Below are positions 8,478 through 18,396 of a stretch of 46,899 nucleotides of DNA, piece after piece. How positions within the stretch are numbered: position 1 is the first letter of the stretch; every line of letters begins with the position of its first letter. The DNA comes from Spirochaetia bacterium (GTDB lineage: Bacteria > Spirochaetota > Spirochaetia > SZUA-6 > Fen-1364), in the NCBI GenBank assembly GCA_049515615.1, contig JBEKTX010000001.1, positions 1 through 46,899 on the forward strand, written 5' to 3'. The translations under genes and the position numbers were made by a program. A model generated the notes under the pieces. That model had not been told where the DNA came from. It ran no database searches and saw only the letters and a list, made by a program, of their open reading frames with translations.

Positions 8478-9866
8478 ATGTCGAAGTCGAAAACCATTTT
8501 CGAGTGCTCGAGCTGCGGTCACCAGGAGCCCCGATGGCTCGGTCGATGCCCGGAATGCGGCACGTGGAACGGCTTCACTGAAGTCCCGGCGGCAGACGCG
8601 CCCGGGCGCGCGGCCGCTGGTGCACACTCCCGGGAGAAGAAGGGAGCGCAGCCGATTCCGCTGTCGTCGATCGAGACACGAGACGGCATGCGCCTGGACA
8701 CCGGCATCGCGGAGATGAATCGGGTGCTCGGCGGCGGCCTCATGCGCGGCTCCTCGGTCCTGGTGGGCGGAGAGCCCGGCATCGGAAAGTCCACGCTCAT
8801 GCTCCAACTCGCCGCGCGCATCGTCACGCCGGGACGGAGCCTCTACGTCTCGGGGGAGGAATCGCCGGGGCAGCTGCGCCTGAGGGCCGAAAGGCTATCG
8901 GTATCCTCCCCGCGCATCGAGGTGCTCGCGGAAACGGAGCTCACCGCCATCATGCAGGTCATCGAGCAGGTGAAACCCGTGCTCATCATCGTGGATTCGC
9001 TCCAGACCCTGTACACGCGGGAGGTGAACGCGCTGCCGGGCTCCGTGAACCAGATCAAGGTCTGCACCCAGGAGCTGGTGGAGTGGGCGCGGACGCGCGG
9101 GTGCGGGCTCCTCCTCGTGGCCCACGTCACGAAGGAGGGGGCAATCGCCGGACCGAAGCTGGTCGAGCACCTCGTGGACACGGTGCTCGATTTCGAGCAG
9201 GCAAGCGCCGAAGTGCGCACGCTGCAGGCGGTGAAGAACAGGTTCGGCTCGGTCGATGAGATCGGTTTTTTCCGAATGACGGAGAACGGCCTTGCGGAGG
9301 TGACGGATGCATCGAGCCTCTTTCTCACGCGTCGCGAAGGGGAGATCCCCGCCGGTGTCGCCGTGGCTCCGGTTTTCGAGGGTTCCCGGGCCCTGCTCAT
9401 CGAGATCCAGGCGCTCACAGTTCCGGCCAAGAGCGGCATCAGCAGGATCTACTCGGACCGGATCGACTCCGGGCGGGTGGCGCGGATGGCGGCGGTTCTC
9501 GAGAAGCACCTCGGCTTGCACCTTGCCGACCACGACCTCTACGTGAACGTGGCCGGAGGCATCCGCATCGCGGAAGTGGGAGTGGAGCTGCCCATCGCCC
9601 TCGCCCTGTATTCTGCCCGGGTGACGATGCCGCTGCCGGCCCGCACTGCCGTGATCGGAGAGGTGAGCCTGACCGGCGAGGTGCGTCCCGTGACGGGCCT
9701 GGAAAAGAGATCGCGCGCCTGCCGCGAGCTTGGATTCGAATCTCTCATCGGCCCGAGAGGGACGGAGGCACCTCCGCCCGACGGCGCGTCGTACACGGGC
9801 GTCGAACTCTTGCAGGAGGCTGTCCGCGCGGTATTCGGCGCCTCAGGAGCGAAGCGAACAGGCTGA
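8478..9866 (+). CDS. radA: DNA repair protein RadA/Sms
   Basis: ATG at 8478 (MSKSKTIFECSSCGH). C4 zinc finger CSSCGHQEPRWLGRCPECGTW, Walker A GGEPGIGKST, RadA motif KNRFG and a Lon-protease-like C-terminal domain. Confidence 0.95.
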   Translation: MSKSKTIFECSSCGHQEPRWLGRCPECGTWNGFTEVPAADAPGRAAAGAHSREKKGAQPIPLSSIETRDGMRLDTGIAEMNRVLGGGLMRGSSVLVGGEPGIGKSTLMLQLAARIVTPGRSLYVSGEESPGQLRLRAERLSVSSPRIEVLAETELTAIMQVIEQVKPVLIIVDSLQTLYTREVNALPGSVNQIKVCTQELVEWARTRGCGLLLVAHVTKEGAIAGPKLVEHLVDTVLDFEQASAEVRTLQAVKNRFGSVDEIGFFRMTENGLAEVTDASSLFLTRREGEIPAGVAVAPVFEGSRALLIEIQALTVPAKSGISRIYSDRIDSGRVARMAAVLEKHLGLHLADHDLYVNVAGGIRIAEVGVELPIALALYSARVTMPLPARTAVIGEVSLTGEVRPVTGLEKRSRACRELGFESLIGPRGTEAPPPDGASYTGVELLQEAVRAVFGASGAKRTG

Positions 9867-9931
9867 GCCGGCTTCGCGGGTGCGCTGTCCTGTCAGTTGG
9901 CATTGGATTACATTGTTGAAGGTACAGCCAC

Positions 9932-10309
9932 ATGCACGACGAATCGATTCGCGGAGAGGACCTCGCCCGGCGGCAGTGCGTTCCCTGCAAGGGTGGTGTG
10001 CCGCCGCTCGCCGCAGAACGAGTGCAGAGCCTGCGACGACAGGTATCCCCTGACTGGACGCTTGTAGGCGGCCACCACCTTCAGCGCGAGTTCAAGGTGA
10101 AAGACTTCCGACAGGCACTTGCGCTGGCCAACCGGTTCGGTGAGATCGCGGAAAGCCAGCGCCACCATCCCGACCTGCTCGTGAGCTGGGGAAAGCTCCG
10201 TGTTACCCTGTTCACACACGCAATCGACGGCCTTCACGAGAATGACTTCATCATTGCTGCCCGGATCGACGCCCTGCTCCGCTCCGAACACCCCGGCGAT
10301 TCCGATTGA
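9932..10309 (+). CDS. pterin-4-alpha-carbinolamine dehydratase (PCD/DCoH, COG2154)
   Basis: The family signature is intact in ESQRHHPDLLVSWGKLRVTLFTHAIDGLHEND, matching E-x3-H-H-P-x5-W-x9-H-x8-D. Confidence 0.9.
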   Translation: MHDESIRGEDLARRQCVPCKGGVPPLAAERVQSLRRQVSPDWTLVGGHHLQREFKVKDFRQALALANRFGEIAESQRHHPDLLVSWGKLRVTLFTHAIDGLHENDFIIAARIDALLRSEHPGDSD

Positions 10310-10350
10310 CCGCCCGCCGGGACGGAACTAAGTTCTTGAGGAGGCTCAAA

Positions 10351-11046
10351 ATGGATAAACCCGTTCTCCTGGCAACCAGCGCCAAGGCTGAAACCTTCGG
10401 CGGCATCACCTATCACCTCGACGGAGAGCTCGTACCCGTTCTCACCGTCGAGCTCACCGGCAGCGCATCCGTGTATTTCGAGCACCACATCCTTCTCTGG
10501 AAGCATCCCGGCATCAGTATCAGCATCAAGGCGATGAAGGGAGCGATGAAGCGCATGATGGCCGGAATCCAGATCTTCGTCACCGAGGCAAAGGGCCAGG
10601 GCATGATTGCGTTCAGCAGGGACGGCGCCGGCCACATCGCGGCGATTCATCTGAAAAAGGGAGAAGAGCTGCACGTGCGCGAGCACCAGTTCCTCGCGGC
10701 GACAGGCGCGATCGACTACACTTTCGAGCGGGTGAAGGGCGTGGCGAACATGCTTTTCGGCGGAACGGGCTTCTTCATCGACAAGTTCCGCGCCCCGGAT
10801 TCCGAAGGCATCCTGTGGCTGCACGGTTACGGCAACGTGTTCGAGAAGGTGCTCGGCGCCGGAGAGCAGATCGACATCGAGCCGGGCGGCTGGCTGTACA
10901 AGGACCCCGGCGTGAAGATGGAAACGACGATGCAGCGACTCTCCGCCGGTATGCTCGCGGGAATGAACCTGGTCATGAACAGGTTCACGGGGCCCGGCAA
11001 GGTCGGCCTGCAGTCAATGTATCTGCACATGCCCAGCGGCGAATAG
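10351..11046 (+). CDS. AIM24 / TIGR00266 (DUF124) family protein
   Basis: ATG at 10351 preceded by GAGGAGG. Sequence MDKPVLLATSAKAETFGGITYHLDGELVPVL...FIDKF...LWLHGYGNVFEKVL...QSMYLHMP is typical of this family. Confidence 0.8.
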   Translation: MDKPVLLATSAKAETFGGITYHLDGELVPVLTVELTGSASVYFEHHILLWKHPGISISIKAMKGAMKRMMAGIQIFVTEAKGQGMIAFSRDGAGHIAAIHLKKGEELHVREHQFLAATGAIDYTFERVKGVANMLFGGTGFFIDKFRAPDSEGILWLHGYGNVFEKVLGAGEQIDIEPGGWLYKDPGVKMETTMQRLSAGMLAGMNLVMNRFTGPGKVGLQSMYLHMPSGE

Positions 11047-11081
11047 ACGCCGGAATCAACACCGTCTCGGTCCGGGCGTCC

Positions 11082-13007
11082 TTACCTGAGCCCGAGACGG
11101 CACATGACGATCGAATACGCGCCCACGTCCAGGGCCGAAAGGCTGGGACCAAGCTCCCCCTCCGTCATCACGACGTTCGGCGGCTTCCCCGGCACGTTTG
11201 CCGCCATGGGATCAGGACCCGTGATCGTCCACTTCGTCCCCTTCCCCGCGATGCTCGCGTTGCCGAGATCCAGCACGAGACGACCGCTTCTCCCTGTCGG
11301 GTTCACGGCTGCAATGGTGACGGCCGTGCGATCGTCGGTCAGTGCGGCCGAGACATCGAGATTTCCCGTTTGCCCCGAGACGGCAACCGGTATGCTCCCG
11401 AAGTGGCTGCGATAGAGCTTCAGGACCAGGCCCGTCGTGTCCAGGACCGCGGCCGTCCGTGAGGTCTTGATCGCCCCGATCACATTGACCGTCTGCGCGT
11501 AGTTCGCCATGAAGTACATGTCGCTGTTCCTGAAAAACGCGTGCAGGCCCCTCGCAACTCCCAGGGCATCCTTGAGATGGTACTGGACGCCCAGCTCGCC
11601 GTAGACGTAGGGACCATACCAGTAGTTCCACTCATCCATCGCGATCCGTACGTCCCGCCCCGCCAGACCGGGGATCGATTTCCGGTAGTCTCGATGGGCG
11701 TGAGCAATGCGGTCGATGTCCGCGGCAAGCTGACGCGAATGGGCCTCCACGTCCTTGATTTCCTTGCGGTAGATGTGCTCGCTGATCAGGTCAAGGTGGG
11801 AAGCGCTTCCCCTGAGGATCGTCTCATCCCATCTCCCGATGGACCCGACCCCGACCACGCGGGCATTCGGATCGATCGCCCGTATTGCGTCGACGACGCT
11901 GTTGTGCTTCTTGACGTACTCTTCGATCGGCATGTGGCCGAGCTGCCATTCGCCGTACATCTCGTTTCCGACCGCCCACCAGGAAACGCGGAAAGCATCG
12001 GGATGTCCGTTCGATGCGCGGATCTTCCCCATCGGGGAATCTGCCGCGCCCACGCAATATTCGACCTCTCCGGCGACGTTGTCCACGGTCCCGAGCCCGG
12101 TGTTGAGCGCGACGTAGGGCTCTGCGCCGATCATTCCCATGAGGTTCATGAACTCATGGATCCCGACGTCGTTCGACTCCACACCTTTCCATGCCGGGTT
12201 CTGCCTCGGCGGACGGGTATCGCGGTCCCCGATCCCGTCCCGCCAGTCGTAGCCGCTCACGAAGTTCCCGCCCGGCCAGCGGTAGATGGGAGAATCGAGC
12301 TCCTTCAAGAGCGCGACGACATCGGGTCTCCAGCCATCCAGGTTGAGAGCGGGCATGAGGGAGACTGCGCCGATGCGGTAGATTCCTTTCCCCGTCCCCG
12401 TGACCTCGATCCGTGCATTCTCACTCGAAGCTGACGCGCGAAAGCTCAAGGGATAAGTCCGATACTCGTCACCGAGGGAGCCCACGGATTGCTCAAGGGC
12501 TTCTCCGCTGTCCTGGACGAGACGGACGCTGACCGTCACCCCTGGGTCTCCCGAGAGGATGATCCTTCCTGAATATGCCCTGCCACTCACGAGCGCGAGC
12601 CGGTCCTGGGAGATGCCGGCAGCACTCCCGTCCCCCGGAACGCTCACCGAGGGTGAATGGATCCCGGTGAACGGCCTGGACACGTCCATGGAGACGGTGC
12701 CGGGCGGCCCGATGACTTTCCAGGGAGATGCGCGCAGGTAGTCATACGGCCCCGAACCCCAATAGGGATCCGTGGCGGTCCCCCACGGGGCGTACCGGTC
12801 GCTGACGACGAAGTAAAACTTGCGGTCCTCCAGCATCTCGGCCCAGAGCCCGCCGTAGATGCTCCTTCCCAGGTGTTCAATGAACTGCCCATAGATGTAC
12901 CGGGAGATCGGGACCCCTTCTCTCGTCGTATCGACCTTGATCCGCTGCTGCGCCTGCGAATTGAAAAGCATCCCGACAAGGAAGAGAGACATGAGGAACA
13001 TTTTCAT
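11082..13007 (-). CDS. abfA: secreted alpha-L-arabinofuranosidase, GH51
   Basis: ATG at 13007 (MKMFLMSLFLVGMLFNSQAQQ, signal peptide). YGQFIEHLGRSIYGGLW; acid/base context WAVGNEMYGEWQ; nucleophile context IAMDEWNYW. Confidence 0.9.
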   Translation of the reverse strand: MKMFLMSLFLVGMLFNSQAQQRIKVDTTREGVPISRYIYGQFIEHLGRSIYGGLWAEMLEDRKFYFVVSDRYAPWGTATDPYWGSGPYDYLRASPWKVIGPPGTVSMDVSRPFTGIHSPSVSVPGDGSAAGISQDRLALVSGRAYSGRIILSGDPGVTVSVRLVQDSGEALEQSVGSLGDEYRTYPLSFRASASSENARIEVTGTGKGIYRIGAVSLMPALNLDGWRPDVVALLKELDSPIYRWPGGNFVSGYDWRDGIGDRDTRPPRQNPAWKGVESNDVGIHEFMNLMGMIGAEPYVALNTGLGTVDNVAGEVEYCVGAADSPMGKIRASNGHPDAFRVSWWAVGNEMYGEWQLGHMPIEEYVKKHNSVVDAIRAIDPNARVVGVGSIGRWDETILRGSASHLDLISEHIYRKEIKDVEAHSRQLAADIDRIAHAHRDYRKSIPGLAGRDVRIAMDEWNYWYGPYVYGELGVQYHLKDALGVARGLHAFFRNSDMYFMANYAQTVNVIGAIKTSRTAAVLDTTGLVLKLYRSHFGSIPVAVSGQTGNLDVSAALTDDRTAVTIAAVNPTGRSGRLVLDLGNASIAGKGTKWTITGPDPMAANVPGKPPNVVMTEGELGPSLSALDVGAYSIVMCRLGLR

Positions 13008-13039
13008 GGTTTCCCTCGACCCCCGAAGATCGTGTCTTC

Positions 13040-14545
13040 CTAGACTCCCGAAGCCTGGTGCCAGTACGCGGCGTTCCAGCGCAGCTCCTTGCGGAACTGG
13101 GTGAGATCTGTTTTCCCGTCGATCAGGAGGCATTCGATTCCGGCAATGTCGGCGAAATCCTCGAGGTGCCGCGCGTTCACGGCGTAGCTGAAGACCGAGT
13201 GGTGCGCTCCTCCCGCGTGGATCCAGGCCGCGGCGGCGACTTTCAGGTCGGGACGCGGCACCCAGAGGGCCCGGGCGACGGGCAGCTTCGGCAGCGGCGC
13301 ATCCGGGGCCACGACATCCACTTCGTTCACCACCATGCGGAACCTGGTTCCCATGTCAATGATCGTGGCGTTGAGCGCGGCTCCCTTGGCCGCGGAGAAA
13401 ACCAGGCGCGCAGGGTCGTCCTTGCCCCCGATGCCCAGGGGATGCATCTCCAGGCTCGGCTTCCCGTCCGCCAGCGACGGGCAGACTTCGAGCATGTGGG
13501 CGCCGAGCACCTTCTGGCCCTTGGGGTCCAGGTGGTAGGTGTAATCTTCCATGAAAGAGGTGCCGCCTTTCATGCCGGATCCCATGACCTTCATTGCCCG
13601 CACGAGCGCCGCGGTCTTCCAGTCCCCCTCCGCGCCGAAGCCGTACCCCTCCGCCATCAGCCGCTGCACCGCGAGCCCGGGGAGCTGAGCCAAGCCGTGC
13701 AGGTCTTCGAAAGAGGTGGTGAAGGCGTGAAAGCCACCGGACTCTAGGAAATGGCGCATCCCCACCTCGATGCGCGCGGCTTCTTTCAGCGCCTGCCGTT
13801 TCGAGCCGCCCGCGCGCAGGTCTTTCGCCACCTCGTACTGGGCGTCATAGTCGGAAACCATGCGGTCAATCTCGGAATCGGTCGCTTCCTTCAACCGGGA
13901 AACCAGGTCCCCGACGCCGAAGCCGTTCACCGCGTAGCCGAAGCGGATCTGCGCTTCCACCTTGTCGCCTTCGGTCACGGCGACCTCGCGCATGTTGTCG
14001 CCGAATCGGGCCACGCGAAGGGTCTGCCAGTCGTGCCAGGCGCAGGCGGCGCGCATCCACACGGCAAGCTCGTCTTGCACGTCCTTCTCACGCCAGTGGC
14101 CGACGATGACCGCGCGCTCCCGGCGAAGGCGCGTCCCGATGAACCCGAACTCCCGGTCCCCGTGAGCGGACTGGTTGAGATTCATGAAGTCCATGTCGAT
14201 CGCCGACCAGGGGATGTCGCGGTTGTACTGGGTGTGCAGGTGCGCGAAAGGCTTCTTCAGCGCCGTAAGGCCCGCGATCCACATCTTCGCCGGGGAGAAG
14301 GTGTGCATCCAGGCGACCAGGCCGATGCAGTTTTTCGCGGAGTCCGCTTCGCGGCATACCTCGAGGATCGCCTCCGGCGTGGTCACGACCGGCTTGAACA
14401 CGACGGTCACCGGAATCGCCAATGAGGCGGAAAGCTCCCGCGCGATTTCCCGCGAATGTTCCGCGACCTTGTCCAGGGTTTCCTTTCCGTACAGGCTCTG
14501 GCTTCCGGTGACAAACCATGCCTCTCGCTCTTTCAGGTCGATCAT
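13040..14545 (-). CDS. araA: L-arabinose isomerase
   Basis: [24 protein letters not shown]...[12 protein letters not shown]...[11 protein letters not shown]. About 500 aa and full length. ATGA overlap with the upstream gene. Confidence 0.95.
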   Translation of the reverse strand: MIDLKEREAWFVTGSQSLYGKETLDKVAEHSREIARELSASLAIPVTVVFKPVVTTPEAILEVCREADSAKNCIGLVAWMHTFSPAKMWIAGLTALKKPFAHLHTQYNRDIPWSAIDMDFMNLNQSAHGDREFGFIGTRLRRERAVIVGHWREKDVQDELAVWMRAACAWHDWQTLRVARFGDNMREVAVTEGDKVEAQIRFGYAVNGFGVGDLVSRLKEATDSEIDRMVSDYDAQYEVAKDLRAGGSKRQALKEAARIEVGMRHFLESGGFHAFTTSFEDLHGLAQLPGLAVQRLMAEGYGFGAEGDWKTAALVRAMKVMGSGMKGGTSFMEDYTYHLDPKGQKVLGAHMLEVCPSLADGKPSLEMHPLGIGGKDDPARLVFSAAKGAALNATIIDMGTRFRMVVNEVDVVAPDAPLPKLPVARALWVPRPDLKVAAAAWIHAGGAHHSVFSYAVNARHLEDFADIAGIECLLIDGKTDLTQFRKELRWNAAYWHQASGV

Positions 14546-15468
14546 GATGTGCTCTCCCCTTCCTTGAAGACGGCCTTGAGGGCCTGCAGCGATTCCACGA
14601 GCATGCGCTCAAGGTTCCTGTCCGAGTATTCCCGGCCGAGCTTCGGCCCGACGATCTCAAGATAACCTGTAAGCTCCCCGCACGGGAAGCGGTCGGCGTT
14701 AGCATCGATCAGCCCCTTCAGCCGGGGGAGGTCGATAATGCCTCTCGCCCGTTCCCCCGGGCCGAAGCCGAACGTTGAATTGAAGGATGCATCCGTGTTC
14801 TTGATATGGAACTCCCTCATCCACGGGATCTCCATCTCGAAAAGGCTCCAGTTGTCGTGAACGACTCGTCCCTCGGAATCCGCAACCCCGTGGGAGATGT
14901 CCCCGCAGAGCTGAAGGGGCACGGTGGCCTCGGCGTGAGAGTCGTGCCACGCGGCCAGCTCCTCGCAGATGCTGCGCACCTCTTCAGGCGTGGACGGCGC
15001 CTCGTAGAGGCTCGACATGGGCTCCAGGGTCAGGGCCTTCAATCCCGCTTCCCGGGCCGCCGCCAGGAGGGCCCTCATGTTTTCAACGAATGTCCGCAGG
15101 CCCGGCTCCCGGGTCTCGGGCTGATCGCGCAGGACAATGCTGGCATTGGATCCGACGGAATCTGCCCCGACCAGCGCGGCAACGTGGATCAGCCGCTCCC
15201 ATCCCCGCCGGACCGCGTCGTGAAGGAGCGGGTCGGCATGCGCGAAGCTGAGCTCCCTGTGAGAGGTGAACATGCTCGTGATCCTCATGCCTTTGGCTTC
15301 CGCCGAACGCCTCAGTCCCCTGAAATGCTCGTCGGCGGCGAAAAAGACCGGAAATGACGAGCCCATCTGCAGACGGTGCACTCCACACCCCGTCATGATG
15401 TCGAAGAGCCAGTCGAAGCTGTACCGGGATTCGATCGGGTCGCTCTTCACCCCGAGGTGCAGGGTCAT
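14542..15468 (-). CDS. sugar phosphate isomerase/epimerase (xylose-isomerase-like TIM barrel)
   Basis: 308 aa with the general pattern of the AP endonuclease 2 / xylose isomerase-like TIM-barrel family. ATGA overlaps at both ends place it in the araA operon. Confidence 0.75.
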   Translation of the reverse strand: MTLHLGVKSDPIESRYSFDWLFDIMTGCGVHRLQMGSSFPVFFAADEHFRGLRRSAEAKGMRITSMFTSHRELSFAHADPLLHDAVRRGWERLIHVAALVGADSVGSNASIVLRDQPETREPGLRTFVENMRALLAAAREAGLKALTLEPMSSLYEAPSTPEEVRSICEELAAWHDSHAEATVPLQLCGDISHGVADSEGRVVHDNWSLFEMEIPWMREFHIKNTDASFNSTFGFGPGERARGIIDLPRLKGLIDANADRFPCGELTGYLEIVGPKLGREYSDRNLERMLVESLQALKAVFKEGESTS

Positions 15469-16499
15469 GGAATGAACACCACCTTGTTGAAGAACTCCTT
15501 CCGAGCAAGCATGCGTCGGAAGATGTCCACCCCCTCGGACAGGCGCGGCGTGTGGCTCACCAGGCGGGCAATCTCAAGGCGGCTGCCCATGTGGGAGAGC
15601 ACGGTCGTCCACTCGTTGCGGGACTCCGGAACGATGCGGGAGTTCCACGTGCCCCGGATCGTCAATTCGCGCCTCAATAGGGAAGAGAAGTCCTTCTCGC
15701 CGATCTGGAAGCTGCCCCTGATATTTCCCAGGAACACCACCTCAGCAAACCGGGCGCCGGCCTGGACGGCCTGGAGAAACGTCAGGGGAAGCCCGATGGC
15801 CTCCACGATCCGGTCCGCACCCGCGCCCCCGGTCTTCTCCCGGATCTGCTCGACAGGGTCCGCGGCGCGGGAGTCGATCGGGACAAATCCCATCTCGGAA
15901 GCGAGGGCAAGCTTGCGCTCGTCGATATCCACGATGAAGACCAGTTGGCAGCCCCGAAGGCGCATCCACTGGGCGGCCATGTTTCCGATCGGCCCTCCCC
16001 CGAAGACGGCCCCGATATCGCCCGCCTGGATGCTGAGCTTCGCGGTGCCGTGCAGCGCGACGGCGCAGGGCTCAGTGAGGGAGGCGTCCTGGAGGCTCAC
16101 CCCTTCAGGGACCGCGAACAGGTTCGAATCGGGCGCCCAGACGAGCTCGGCAAACGCGCCGTCGCGCCGCGAACCGAGGTAGTCGTAGTCGGTGCATTGC
16201 GCGTAGTCTCCGGTCTGGCAGGGGATGCAACGGCCGCAGGGAATGAGCGGAAAGACGAGGACCCGCGCGCCGCGTGGGAATCGGCCGCCCGCGGCAGGCT
16301 CTTCGACGAGACCGGAAAACTCGTGCCCCATGATGAGGGGATAGTGGTAGGCGGCCCCTTCGAAGCCGCGGTGGAGATCGGAGTTGCAGATCCCGGAATA
16401 CTCCACCTTCACGAGAGCCCAGCCGGGCGCGGGGCGCACCGGTTCCGGCACGTCGCGGTATTCGACGACGGCGTCCCGCGTCAGGACGAGGGCTTTCAT
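15465..16499 (-). CDS. Zn-dependent polyol/sugar alcohol dehydrogenase (MDR family)
   Basis: True ATG at 16499 (MKALVLTRDAVVEY). GICNSDLH, GHEFSG, structural-Zn CGRCIPCQTGDYAQC, Rossmann GGGPIGNMAA. The upstream part of track ORF 15465..17606 is antisense shadow. Confidence 0.85.
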   Translation of the reverse strand: MKALVLTRDAVVEYRDVPEPVRPAPGWALVKVEYSGICNSDLHRGFEGAAYHYPLIMGHEFSGLVEEPAAGGRFPRGARVLVFPLIPCGRCIPCQTGDYAQCTDYDYLGSRRDGAFAELVWAPDSNLFAVPEGVSLQDASLTEPCAVALHGTAKLSIQAGDIGAVFGGGPIGNMAAQWMRLRGCQLVFIVDIDERKLALASEMGFVPIDSRAADPVEQIREKTGGAGADRIVEAIGLPLTFLQAVQAGARFAEVVFLGNIRGSFQIGEKDFSSLLRRELTIRGTWNSRIVPESRNEWTTVLSHMGSRLEIARLVSHTPRLSEGVDIFRRMLARKEFFNKVVFIP

Positions 16500-16568
16500 G
16501 CGCCCCACCGTACCTGCTTCCCCGAGGACGATCAAGTGACTATACTGGCGCCTCCCAGGGAGAGACGG

Positions 16569-17630
16569 ATGAAAGCAGCCGTGCTGGAAGCGCTGAACTC
16601 GATCTCGGTGAAGAACGTCCCCGACCCCGCCTGCGGCGATGACGAGGCCGTCCTGGAAGTAAATGCATGCGCCGTGTGCGGCTCCGACATCCGGATCTTC
16701 CATTTCGGGAACGACCGGGTGAAAATGCCGGCCGTCATCGGCCACGAGATCGCCGGCCGGATCGTCGGAACGGGCCGCGCCGTCACCCGCGTAAAGACCG
16801 GAGATCGGATCGCCCTCGGGGCTGATGTGCCCTGCGGCACCTGCCGCTGGTGCACGAGCGACATGGGCACCAACTGCGAGATCAACTATGCGATCGGCTA
16901 CCAGTTCCCCGGCGGATTCCAGGAGCGCATGGTCCTCAACGCAACGACGCTGGGCTACGGGCCGGTAACCCCGATCCCTGACGGTCTCAGCTTTGCCGAG
17001 GCCTCCATTGCGGAGCCCCTCGCCTGCGCGCTGAATGGTCTGGAGCTGGCGCGGTTCGGAATCGGCAAGAGTATCTGCATCATCGGCCTCGGGCCCATCG
17101 GGTGCATGATGCTGGAGCTCTCCCTCGTCTTCGGCGCCTCCCGCGTGTTCGCGGCGCAGAGGTCCCGGGCCCGCCTGGACATGGCCCATAAGTTCCTCCC
17201 CGAAGCGCGGTTCATCGCCACCGAGGAGGAAAACCTCGTCGACACCGTCATGAAGGAAACTGGCGGGCAGGGCGTGGACCTCGCCATCACCACGGCGGGG
17301 AGCGTGCAGGCGCACGAGGACGCTATCCGGATGGTCGCCCACCGGGGATACGTGAATCTCTTCGGCGGCCTGAAAAACCAGCCGAAGCTCGCGATCGACT
17401 CGAATCTCATCCATTACAAGGAGTGCTTCGTGATGGGAAGCCACGGCTCCCTGCCGCGTCATCACCGTCTTGCCGTGGAGCTGATCGCAAAGGGCGCGGT
17501 GCGCGCGAAAAACTACATCTCCGCCCTGTTCCCGCTGGAGAAGACCGCGGAGGCTTTTGCCTGGCACGAATCCCGGGCCGGCCTGAAGGTCCTCATCGCG
17601 CCGCACGGAGAAAAGGCGGCGTGGACATGA
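16569..17630 (+). CDS. Zn-dependent polyol/sugar alcohol dehydrogenase (MDR family)
   Basis: ATG at 16569 (MKAAVLEALNSISV). CAVCGSDIRIF, GHEIAGRIV, CGTCRWCTSDMGTNC, GLGPIGCMM. Divergent from the other dehydrogenase across a 69-bp spacer. Confidence 0.85.
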   Translation: MKAAVLEALNSISVKNVPDPACGDDEAVLEVNACAVCGSDIRIFHFGNDRVKMPAVIGHEIAGRIVGTGRAVTRVKTGDRIALGADVPCGTCRWCTSDMGTNCEINYAIGYQFPGGFQERMVLNATTLGYGPVTPIPDGLSFAEASIAEPLACALNGLELARFGIGKSICIIGLGPIGCMMLELSLVFGASRVFAAQRSRARLDMAHKFLPEARFIATEEENLVDTVMKETGGQGVDLAITTAGSVQAHEDAIRMVAHRGYVNLFGGLKNQPKLAIDSNLIHYKECFVMGSHGSLPRHHRLAVELIAKGAVRAKNYISALFPLEKTAEAFAWHESRAGLKVLIAPHGEKAAWT

Positions 17631-18298
17631 GCGGATTGCGCATCGCCCCCTCGATGATGTGCGCGGACTTCCTCCATCTCGCCGACGACCTGGAAGCCCT
17701 CCAGGCGGGAGGCGCGGATTACCTCCACGTGGACATCATGGACGGCCGATACGTACCCAACTTCACCCTCGGTCCGGATTTCTGCAAGTCACTGGCGCGC
17801 GGATCCCGGATTCCGCTGGACATCCACCTCATGGTGGAGAACCCCGAGCAGCACGTCCCGTCTTTCGGGGTTGCTTCGGGGAGCATCATATCGATTCATC
17901 CCGAGACCACGCGCCATCCCCTCCGCACGCTGGATCTCATCCGGAGCCTGGGCGCGCGCGCCGGCATCGCCATTGACCCGGCCATGCCGGTCGCATCGGT
18001 GGCGGAGATGCTGCCCTACGTGAGCCTCGCCTGCGTCATGACGGTGAATCCCGGCTACGCGGGACAGAAGCTCGTTCCCACCGCCCTCGCAAAGGTGAGG
18101 GAGCTCGCCGAGCTCGCGAGAACGCGCGGCCTGGATGTGGAAATCGAGGTGGACGGGAACGTGAGCTGGGAGAACATCCCGAGCATGGTCCAGGCCGGCG
18201 CGCAGGTTCTGGTTGCGGGAAGCTCCTCTCTTTTCGACGGCGCGGGAAGCCTGCGTGACAATCTCCGGCGCATCAGGGACCTCGTCGGCCGCGGATAG
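17627..18298 (+). CDS. ribulose-phosphate 3-epimerase family protein (Rpe/AlsE-like)
   Basis: ATG at 17627, ATGA overlap with the dehydrogenase stop. IAPSMMCADFLHL...HVDIMDGRYVPNFTLG...DIHLMV...MTVNPGYAGQK...VDGNV...VAGSS. Confidence 0.85.
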   Translation: MSGLRIAPSMMCADFLHLADDLEALQAGGADYLHVDIMDGRYVPNFTLGPDFCKSLARGSRIPLDIHLMVENPEQHVPSFGVASGSIISIHPETTRHPLRTLDLIRSLGARAGIAIDPAMPVASVAEMLPYVSLACVMTVNPGYAGQKLVPTALAKVRELAELARTRGLDVEIEVDGNVSWENIPSMVQAGAQVLVAGSSSLFDGAGSLRDNLRRIRDLVGRG

Positions 18299-18330
18299 AA
18301 AAGGCGGAACGAAGGGCGGAACGACAAGTC

Positions 18331-18359
18331 TTGCGGGGACACGATCCCGGGTGTATGCT
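18331..18359 (+). promoter_or_regulatory. candidate sigma-70 promoter of the first histidine kinase
   Basis: TTGCGG (18331-18336), 17-nt spacer, TATGCT (18354-18359). Directly preceded by the direct repeat GGCGGAACGA at 18303-18312 and 18315-18324. Confidence 0.3.
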
Positions 18360-18396
18360 CGGCCGGGGGTCGACCCCGTCCCCCGAAGGAAGCGCC

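Noticed and set aside
9898-9913. Second sigma-54-like element TGGCAT-tggat-TACA upstream of the PCD gene
   Set aside because: The -12 element lacks the essential GC (TACA instead of TTGC). Only the -24 half matches.
11062-11100. Inverted repeat CCGTCTCGG ... CCGAGACGG between the AIM24-family gene and abfA as a bidirectional terminator
   Set aside because: The loop is 21 nt, there is no T-run, and the right arm lies inside the abfA coding sequence. The evidence is weak.
15465-17630. Track ORFs of 713 aa (minus) and 561 aa (plus) that look like very large proteins
   Set aside because: Each is a ~345-aa Zn-dehydrogenase plus a long stop-free read-through over the antisense of the divergent neighbour. 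Canonical MKALVLT / MKAAVLE starts at 16499 and 16569 fit the family length.
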